Source: Geosiphon pyriformis uo1 (Eukaryota; Fungi; Glomeromycota). Taken from it: 64,000 bases of DNA. The notes below the pieces were generated by a model, which ran no database searches, was not told the DNA's origin, and saw only the letters and a list, made by a program, of their open reading frames with translations. A program made the position numbers and the translations under genes. How positions within the stretch are numbered: position 1 is the stretch's first letter; every line of letters begins with the position of its first letter. The stretch covers positions 791,050 through 855,049 of the forward strand of contig JAAOMT010000591.1 of the NCBI GenBank assembly GCA_016748015.1, written 5' to 3'. Positions 12,507 through 22,356 of this stretch are shown one piece after another.

Positions 12507-13522
12507 TGTTACCAGTAGAATTTTAGCTATTAATTAGCATGAAACTACCCTTATAATTCCTATAATTCATTAGTATATTAATATCATTTCAAATTATCAT
12601 TTATTATTTAATCAATTATCACATATCACGATTCAATTAAAATAATCTAATTAGTATAACAGAAAGTAAGATAATCAAATTACACAATACTCTGAACTTT
12701 GTAACATTCAAAAATTCGCCGAAATTTACAGAAATTCGCCGAAATTTATAAGAAATTCGCCGAAATTTACAGAAATTCGCCGAAATTATGAATAGTTCAC
12801 CCAAATTAATCAATAGTTCAGCAAAATAACTTGTAGTTCATCAAAATGTATCTTTAGTTTGCCGGAATTTGGGCAAAGAGAAAAAGTGCAAGTTCATAAA
12901 CTAGTACTACAACAAGTTATATAAAAGAAGAGCTTTTCTCTTCTGGAAAATGTATTTTACTTTAGATTTATCTCTTAAAAAACCGTTTCTATACACACAA
13001 AAAGAAATAAATATCAAATAATTCGAAAAACCAAATTCTTTAATTATTGTACTTAGAAAAACCCCCAAAAACCCAACTAACATTTCGAAATTGATTAGCT
13101 ACCAATTTCAGTAAACTGTTAGTGACTCTAGGCCTGGATAGAAAACGTTTCTCTTGACAAAATTCTATTTCTTTTACATTTCTTTTATTTTCTTTTATTT
13201 TTCTTATTACAATCATTAGGGTAGTCTACAGACGAGATTCCTGTAGAAGAGTTGACTTTCACAGCAAAGTAACTACACACATTTAGTGAGCTTCCAGACA
13301 AACAATTCCTGGGAAAGAGTTGACGTTTACTACAACGTAACTACATAAAGTAACTGGCAAGGAATTGGCCATTCCACTTATAAGCCCAGCAGTTCAAATT
13401 ATAGGAGATAATTTGAAGATAAATTCAGTTATTGGAGGTTCAACTACTTCCTGAAAATGTGAATTCACAGCAAATCAACATTACCAACATTTAAGAAAAG
13501 AGACCAAAAACCTTCGGTAACA
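12507..13522 (+). repeat. Gypsy-A 5' LTR (1016 bp)
   Basis: TGTTACC...GGTAACA termini; near-identical to 21378-22352; TATATAAAAG near 12918. Confidence 0.95.
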
Positions 13523-13524
13523 TT

Positions 13525-13537
13525 TGGTGCTCTCCCA
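13525..13537 (+). promoter_or_regulatory. Gypsy-A primer-binding site
   Basis: TGGTGCTCTCCCA 2 nt after the LTR end (TGG is complementary to tRNA CCA); the cognate tRNA is not identified. Confidence 0.75.
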
Positions 13538-16500
13538 TGGAAATAACACAGCAACAACAAATTCAAAGTGGCGACCACACCAGACACAGCAACTCTAGAG
13601 TATTACCAGTCAATTTACACCCACTGCAAGNNNNNNNNNNNNNNNNNNNNNNNNNNNNNNNNNNNNNNNNNNNNNNNNNNTCAGAAGTTAGAAGCAACCT
13701 CTACAATAATTTAGTGCATTATTCACATTTGGGAACAGAAGACCTGAACAGTGAAACACTTGCTACCTACTTCCAAAAACTTAATTTTAATATTATTAAG
13801 CATTGTGAAAAAAAATACCCAGTACAGTCTAAATACTCTTTTGACTTTGAATCAAAGACAGAAACAAGCAATAAAGGCAAACAAAAATTGAAGCAATACT
13901 CAAGAACCACTCCAAACACTCCAACACTACAAAAGACAACTGCCAAACACTTGCAAACACCTAAACAAGGAACCAGTGTCAAATTACCACTTTCTATTAC
14001 ACCATTTCCAATTTCACTTGTTCAACCACAAACACCAAGTTTACCACTTAGCCGTTTCTCCAGACCAGAAGATTTTCAGTCATCTAGAAATCCTATTTAA
14101 CAGCAAGAACCAATATCAACAAGTGCCAATATCATTGATTACTTACAGGAAAACGAAAGTAATCACTCAGAAAGCTTGGAAAGTAAAGAAACTGAATCAG
14201 AACCAGAAGAAATTTCAGAAAACAAAGAAGAAATGGCAACTGCTTACATTGCAAAAATCCCAGAATTCATTGGTGAAGACAATGATACCAGTCCTCAAGA
14301 ATGGCTTGACAAAGTTCAAAAAGCAGGAGATACAAATAGTTGGATTGCAGCAAGAATGCTCAAAGCAATTTCCTACTTTCTCCAAGGAACAGCAAGAAGA
14401 ATAGTTTAAAAATTTAGAAGAACCATTTGAAAACTGGCAAGCATTCAAAAATGCTTTTCTACAACAATTCACTGACAACAATACCTCTATTACTCTCAGA
14501 AACTGCTTTCACAATATCAAACAAGAAATATCTGAATCTGTTATGACTTATCTTAGAAGATTTAACAAACTTCTCAGACAAATCCGACAATTAGAAACCA
14601 ATGACTACTATTCTGATGCTCAAATTCTGGATCAGTTTATAGCAGGGTTAAAAGACAAACTGATTAAGAAAGTCTGTCCACATGCTCCAGCAGACTTAGC
14701 AACTGCCATTAGACATGCAAAGAGCTATAAAATAGCAATGAAAGAAGCAAATCACACCAAGCTTGTAAACCTTGCAATTGGAGAAACCAGCTCAGCAGCT
14801 GAAAAGAAGATAGACCAACTCACAAAAAAAGTTGAAAGCTACTTCACAAACCAACAACAACCACAAAGATATCAACCCCCACAATGATGCAACCAAAACA
14901 ATTTTGGATCATCATCCAACAACCAATCTCAAAATTGTTATTATTGTGGAATTCCAGGGCACTGGAAACGAGATTGTAGGAAATTACAAAGAGACCAACA
15001 AAACAGGAGTAATCAATGTTACTTTTCACCACAACAATCCTATTACCAATCTCCACCACCAACTTATTATTCACCAAGACCACAAAATCAAAACAGTTAC
15101 TATCCACCAGCTCCACAATCAATGCAGCAACAATATCAGCAATCTTTACCCATTCAGCCATATCAGACACCACCCACTCAACAATATCAAGTACCAGCAA
15201 GAAGATTGGTTTAACATAACCAATCCACACCCCAAAATCAATTGCAGAATAACCACAACAGAATCAATCCAAATAACCAGTTGGTTCCCCGAAATTTGGG
15301 CCAGCAAAAACCCAATCACTATCACACTCAATCCAGTTATCTTACAATACCAGAGAAATCGGATTTTCAACAAACTGCACTTTCTGAAGGTGAAATTGCA
15401 GCACCAAGATCAAACTCTTCCAACCACACCATTCCCTCAGCTCAAATTGCCCAAAATGCTAATCTGTTAAATATATTTCCATTTGAATTTGAGGCAAATG
15501 AATCACCATTCCTGCTTAGTAATGCAGCAGTCAATGAACAAAAAGCAATTACTGCCATGTACACAGAAGCTACAGTGGAAGAAAAACTCATTCACTTAAT
15601 CTTAGATAGTGAATCAGCTGGAAGTATCATCACTTACCAGCTGATGCAACAACTCAAACGAAACATAGACAGACCAGCTCAAACAGTTATTGTCACAGCT
15701 GATGGTATGAAGAAGACCCCAGTAGGAGAAATTGATGATTTCCCTTTTTCAATTGATAGAATCATCATTCCAGTTAAAGTTCTTGTTATGGATGCATTCC
15801 AATACCAAGCTCTAGTCGGAAATAATTGGCTTCTCAAGGCCAATGCAAACCTGAACTGGGAAACTCAAGAACTTAAAATTTCATACCAAGGACAATATAC
15901 TATAGTACCTGCAATCTGTGGTACCTTTAACAAACGATTAGAAAAAGCTCCAGTATTTGAATTTGAAGAGAAGAAAGAAATGCCACTTACTGAAACCTAT
16001 ATGGCTCTTGGATCAACATCCAATTGGGCTGAAGAAACCAAACAAAAGATTTTCAAAGAATCAAGGGGATGGAAGAAAGTTAGATATTCTACACCAGAAC
16101 CACAGAAACAACCACTCTATATTTCACTCAAATGCAAAGATTGCAACAAAAAACTTTCATCAATGGGAGCATGTATTTCTCCAGAAGAGGAATATGAAAC
16201 TCATACCTGTTACTTTTGCAAAGCATGCCATAGAGAACAATTTGGATCTCCAAAAAAAAGTGGAAAATGGGACAACACATCTTGCCTTACATGTGGAGAA
16301 ATACTACCAGAAGAATACAATTGAATTGATGTAGCAATGAAAGGAGGAGTATGTGATCAAACCTGTCAATATGCTCTATCAATTTCGGAAAAAGTCAGAA
16401 GAGGGACACCATTTAATGCAGTATACAACAGTGCTCTCAATAAACTTTACCACTACCCTCATGATACTGAAATGATTTTTGACCTAGCAATGGCATTAAT

Positions 16501-19129
16501 CAATGGAGCCACTCAAGAAGATGTCCGCCAAATGAAAAAAGCTGAATATATTGAGTACACCATGGAACTAGCTGGATTTGATTATGAAGATGAAGTAGAA
16601 ACCTACCACCAAATTGCAAGCCACACATATCCGACCAAAGAAGCTCAAATTCAACAATTAGAGCAAATGAACATTCAATTGTGTGAAGAATGTGTTATGT
16701 CTTGTGATGACCAATGGTGTTTAGAATATTATGCTCTTAGCATTCCTCTGCCAGATGAGAATGATGAAAATGAAATCGAATTTGGAGTATCTGAACAAGT
16801 AAAAGAACTACCAACCACTTTCATCTATCTTCTTGAAAAGCAACCACCTCTACAACTTAAATATTTTGACAACCATGGCCAAGGAATCAGACCAGAAAAA
16901 GCACACGAAATTGATGCTGGATATGACTTGAGATACCCAGGAAAAGATACTTTGATTCTCCAACCAAAGTCTTTGACAAAAATCAATCTAAAAAATGCTC
17001 TTGAAATTCTACCAGGAGCAATGGTTCAAATTGTCTCCAGATTATTATTGGCAAGCAAAGGAATTAATATTAGAAGAGGAGTTATAGATGCAGGATATAC
17101 TGGAGACATTACCATCATGTTACAGAATGAGACAGACAAACCATTCAAAATTGAACATGCTGAAAAAATTGCTCAAGCAATTTACTTATCCTTAATCAAC
17201 ATTTCGGGTTTACAATCAGTAAACAACAGAGAACAATTGGGAAAAAGTGAAAGAGGAACTCAAAATTTTGGTTCAACTGGACGATTTACAGTTCCAGTAA
17301 ACATAGTTCTTAGTACACAAAATGAATCTCACCAGATTCTTCAACTTCCTCAGCCAATTACCATTTTACCTTTTGGAGAACATCACAAAATTTACACTTG
17401 CTCAAAACCCACCACTACACAACAAATCTTTGAATCCAATGAACAAATCTGTTTGAAGCATGAAATATCAATTCCAAACGTTTATATTCCTAAAGGAATG
17501 AAAAAATTTTGAGTTATATTCTACAACCCCAATAATTACCCTATTGTTTTATTAAACAAATTAGAAATTGGAATCATACACAGCAATATCTTTCAAGATG
17601 AAAACCCTCAAATTGTCTCTAATTTCATCGAAATTATAAAGCACACTCTACTCCCAAATTCAAATATCATTCCCACTACTGAAAACTACCACTTGTTGGA
17701 AGAAAAACTCTCTCGAATCAATATGGGTCCTTTAGAACCTCAACAACAAAGACAATTGAAACAATTGATAGCTGAATTTGCAGATATATTTGCAAAAGAC
17801 AACAATGACTTGGAAAAAACAGACATTGTTCAACATCAGATCCATACAGGAGATGCTTTACCAAAATGTCAACAAGCTTATTGAGTGCCACCTGCCAGCC
17901 ACCAATTTATCAGAGAAGAGGTCCAAAGAATGCTCAATAACGGATTGATTTAACCATCAAGAAGTCCTTGGGCCTTACCAGTAGTTTTGGTTAAAAAGAA
18001 AAACGGAAAAATTAGATTCTGTGTTGATTATAAACAACTGAATAGTGTTACAATTGAAGATGCCTACCCTCTTCCAAGAATTGATGACATGCTAGATGCT
18101 CTGAGAAAAGCCAAGTTTTTTTCAACTTTAGACCTGGAAAGTGGATACTGGCAAGTCGAAATGGACCCAAAGGATAGACCCAAAACAGCATTCACCACTT
18201 AAAGAGGAAATTATGAGTTTAATGTTATGTCTTTTGGACTCTGCAATGCACCAGCAACATTTTAATGACTCATGGATGTTGTCTATGAAGAGCTCTTGTG
18301 GCAATCAGTAGTTGTTTATCTTGATAATACTAATGTATATTCACCTAGCTTTAAAGCCCATATCATTCACCTGCGAGAAGTTTTTCAATGATTATGGAAA
18401 GCAGGATTAAAGTTAAATATTGAGAAATGTCACTTTGAAAAAACAAGTTTGATTTTTCTTGGACACATAGTTAGTAAAGATGAAATCAAACCAAATCCAG
18501 GAACAATCAATGCTGTCAAAAACTTTTAAACCCCCAGAAATACTACAGAACTAAGAGGATTTGTGGGATTAGCCTCTTACTATCGAAAATTCATAAAAGG
18601 ATTTTCAGAAATTGCCAAACCACTCAATTATCTTACCAACAAAAACGTACCATACAAATGGATTGAAGAACAACAAAAAGCTTTTGAAATTCTCAAAACA
18701 AAATTGACAACAGCCCCAGTTCTTGCTTACTCAGACTTCAACAAACAATTCCAATTAACCACTAATGCCTCACACATAGCATTTGGTGCCATCTTATTAC
18801 AATTGGATGAAAATGGCCAAGAACAAGTTATTGCCTATGCCAGCAGAACACTTAAGTCAACAGAACTCAAATATGGCTCAACTGAATTAGAAGCTGCTGC
18901 AGTTATTTGGGCTCTTAAACATTTTCAACAATATCTGAAAAATGGAAAAAAATTTGACATAATAACAGACAACATTGGCCTCAAATGGCTCAATAAAAAG
19001 AAAACTGAACAAAGTGCCAAACAGTCTCAATGGAATGACTTTCTAGCAGACTACAGATATATTGTACACCACAAACCAGGAAAACTACATACCAATATTA
19101 ATAGCTTCTCAAGAATGAGACAAGATTAG
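13537..19129 (+). pseudogene. Gypsy-A gag-PR-CysRich-dUTPase-RT-RNaseH polyprotein, disrupted
   Basis: Gag IPEFIGED..PQEWLDKV; knuckle CYYCGIPGHWKRDC (~14936); protease ILDSESAGS; dUTPase AHEIDAGYDL, VIDAGYTG, ERGTQNFGSTG; [26 protein letters not shown]; RH IAYASRTL, ELEAAAV. One frame from 14543 to the 19129 stop. Confidence 0.92.
13631..13680. other. Assembly gap (50 N)
   Basis: Run of n. Confidence 1.
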
Positions 19130-19161
19130 TACCAACTTACCAACAAAATAACCAAACAAGA

Positions 19162-20547
19162 ATGGATCTCAGAAACTACAGCAATCTTAAAAATTATTTG
19201 GAGACCCTTACCATGCCAGAAAACTGGTCTCCAAGTGAAAAACACCGCTTACAACATCAATCAAAACAATATTTCATACACCAGAACAAAATTTATTATA
19301 AAAATCACAGAAAACCAAACCAGTCATTCAGATTAGTACAAGAAAATGAAAAAGAAACAATTTTATACAACATATACACAGATTCATCTTCAGCACACTT
19401 GGGAAAAGAAGGAACAATTCAAAGAACCCTTGAACATTATTTTTGGCCTCACATGCAAAAAGACATTTGACAATATGTAGAATCTTGTGATAACTGCCAA
19501 AGAAGAGGAGGAACTCGCCCCACAGAACCTTTAAATCCAATCAAAGTTGGACAACCTTTTGACAGAGTTGGAATTGATTTAGTCGGACCATTACCTATCA
19601 CAACCCAAGGAAATCGTTATATTGCAGTTGTAGTGGATTATTTTACCAAATGGCCTGAAGCTAGAGCCATCCAAAGAGCAGATGCAAAATCAGTAGCAAA
19701 ATTCATCTATGAAGACATTATCTGTAGACATGGATGCCCAATTGAACTCTTATCTGATCAAGGAACACATTTTGTGAACAACTTGATACAAAAAATTTGT
19801 GAACGGTTCAATGTCAAAAGACCTCTATCATCACCTTATTACTCTTAAACAAATAGACTTGTAGAACGTTTCAACAGAACATTGTGTGAATCTTTAGCCA
19901 AAGTCTCAACAGACTTTGAACAGGAATGGGATATCTTTATTCTATTAGTGTTACTAGCATACAGAACACTAAAACAAGATACTATGAAACACACACCATT
20001 TGATCTTACTTATGGAAGGACAGCAATATTACCAATTAATTTCACAGTGGAAACATACCCAGTGCAACCAATCAATGAAGAAAACTTTTAAGAGACACTC
20101 TAAAGAAGAGCCTACACTCTTCTTAGTACACTGGAAGGAAAAAGAAGAATAGCAGCAGCTCATATTGAACATTCCCAAGCTCAACAAAAAGAAAGACATG
20201 ACAACAAATTACCATCTATTACCAATGAATTTAAAGTTAGAAATAAAGTTCTCTTATACAGAACTAAGGCTGAAAAACAATAGAGTGAGAAATTTGAAAA
20301 CAAATGGGATGGACCATTTTATATTTACGAAATTCTAGGCAATGGATCATATAAGTTAAGACTTGATAACAAAATATTAGCAAAAGTTGCACATGGAAAC
20401 AGACTAAAACACTATCATTCCAGAAACAATTCTGAACCATTAATTCCACAAATTGGTACACATTCCCCTTTAATTAATCCTGAAGATATTCTCTGAAATT
20501 TAGAACCAATAATTATAATAGAACAACAACCAAACTTGAACACTTAA
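19162..20547 (+). pseudogene. Gypsy-A integrase, separate ATG-initiated ORF
   Basis: AHLG..YFWP..CDNCQRR, GIDLVGPL, DYFTKWPEA, LLSDQGTHF, VERFNRTL, KWDGPFYI; ends LEPIIII; different frame from RH. Confidence 0.9.
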
Positions 20548-20689
20548 ATTTTACAATAATTTTCTACTAAAAACACAAAGACAAAAATAGTAAATAATTA
20601 CAAAACACTCAAACCCAAAAACAAATAAAAACCCCATATCCAAAAATAATTTTCTTTATTCTTTCTTTTCATAATTAGTTAATTTTATC

Positions 20690-21343
20690 ATGATTATTCC
20701 CCGAAATATTCAACAAATATCCCAAAAATTAATGTTAGCCTTGAAAACACTCCCTGACTTATTTATAATGATTAATGGAAGTCAAATTAAATACATTCAG
20801 AAAGAAACCACAGCCCCAGTAGCAAATTATTTACAGAACTATCACCCCTATAGAAGAGAAACAAGAAGGCACTCTGAGAATAGATTACCAAAACTTTTGA
20901 AGCAGGCACTAGAAAAAAATCTGCTAATTGCCCCGATTGACATTCCACCAAATGCTACAATGTAACAAAAACTACTACTACTTCTTAATGAACAGAACAA
21001 TGAACACACCCCTATCTATAGATACTTTCAAATTGAAAAAACACTTTATGAACGAAAACTGGAACTTGAAGCAACAAATCTCACACCTGAAGTTATACAA
21101 AAACAAATCTACAATGAATTCAAAACAGCAGCTGGACCAACAAACACTTGCTATAAACTTAGAGCAGCTTTTAGACTCTATGATTTGTTTAATACTTGTG
21201 AAAATGTTCTACAAAATCCAATACTGCAATCAATGAAAGTCCAATACATTGGCAAACTCACAGAACTGAAATTTCAACAATTTTCAGACCAGATTACTTC
21301 AATCATTTTAGATCACTATCTCAATATTACAGATAGTGCTTGA
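20690..21343 (+). pseudogene. Gypsy-A ORF3 (~217 aa, unknown function; one internal TAA, probably from CAA)
   Basis: The frame of ORF 20690 continues past TAA 20963-65 as QKLLLLL..YRYFQIEK..LRAAFRLYDLF..QYIGKLTE; a homolog lies at the same position in Gypsy-B. Confidence 0.75.
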
Positions 21344-21364
21344 ACTTCGACGGAGCTCAGTCTT

Positions 21365-21374
21365 GAGGAAAAGA
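21365..21374 (+). promoter_or_regulatory. Gypsy-A polypurine tract
   Basis: GAGGAAAAGA 3 nt before the 3' LTR. Confidence 0.7.
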
Positions 21375-21377
21375 TTA

Positions 21378-22352
21378 TGTTATTAGTAGAATTTTAACTA
21401 TTAATTAGCATGAAACTACCCTTATAATTCCTATAATTCATTAATATATTAATATCATTTCAAATTATCATTTATTATTTAATCAATTATCACATATCAC
21501 GATTCAATTAAAATAATCTAATTAGTATAACAGAAAGTAAGATAATCAAATTACACAATACCCTGAACTTTGTAACATTCAAAAATTCGCCGAAATTTAC
21601 AGAAATTCGCCGAAATTATGAATAGTTCACCCAAATTAATCAATAGTTCAGCAAAATAACTTGTAGTTCATCAAAATGTATCTTTAGTTTGCCGGAATTT
21701 GGGCAAAGAGAAAAAGTGCAAGTTTATAAACTAGTACTACAACAAGTTATATAAAAGAAGAGCTTTTCTCTTCTGGAAAATGTATCTTACTTTAGATTTA
21801 TCTCTTAAAAAACCGTTTCTATACACACAAAAAGAAATAAATATCAAATAATTCGAAAAACCAAATTCTTTAATTATTGTACTTGGAAAAACTCCCAAAA
21901 ACCCAACTAACATTTCGAAATTGATTAGCTACCAATTTTAGTAAACTGTTAGTGACTCTAGGCCTGGATAGAAAACGTTTCTCTTGACAAAATTCTATTT
22001 CTTTTACATTTCTTTTATTTTTTTTTATTTTTCTTATTACAATCATTAGAGTAGCCTACAGACGAGATTCCTGTAGAAGAGTTGACTTTCACAGCAAAGT
22101 AACTACACACATTTAGTGAGCTTCCAGATGAACAATTCCTGGGAAAGAGTTGACGTTTACTACAATGTAACTACATAAAGTAACTGGCAAGGAATTGGCC
22201 ATTCCACTTATAAGCCCAGCAGTTCAAATTATAGGAGATAATTTGAAGATAAATTCAGTTATTGGAGATTCAACTACTTCCTGAAAACGTGAATTCACAG
22301 CAAATCAACATTACCAACATTTAAGAAAAGAGACCAAAAACCTCCGGTAATA
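21378..22352 (+). repeat. Gypsy-A 3' LTR (975 bp)
   Basis: TGTTATT...GGTAATA (C>T-decayed termini); 41 bp shorter than the 5' LTR because it has two fewer AAATTCGCCGAAATTTA units. Confidence 0.95.
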
Positions 22353-22356
22353 GTGG

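Larger units (their letters stand above)
12507..22352 (+). mobile_element. Gypsy-A: full-length Ty3/Gypsy-type LTR retrotransposon carrying dUTPase, a separate integrase ORF and an extra ORF3
   Basis: Paired LTRs, 4-bp TSD GTGG (12503-12506 / 22353-22356), PBS, PPT, and domain order gag-PR-dUT-RT-RH-IN. Confidence 0.95.

Noticed and set aside
12711-12800. CRISPR-like array of palindromic repeats
   Set aside because: The units are directly tandem without unique spacers, lie inside an LTR of a eukaryotic locus, and there are no cas genes.
13221-13400. Hammerhead or twister ribozyme in the LTR
   Set aside because: The core reads CAGACGA/CAGAUGA rather than CUGANGA, stem III geometry fails, and the twister P4 GG..CC pairing is absent. 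Kept only as a generic structured RNA.
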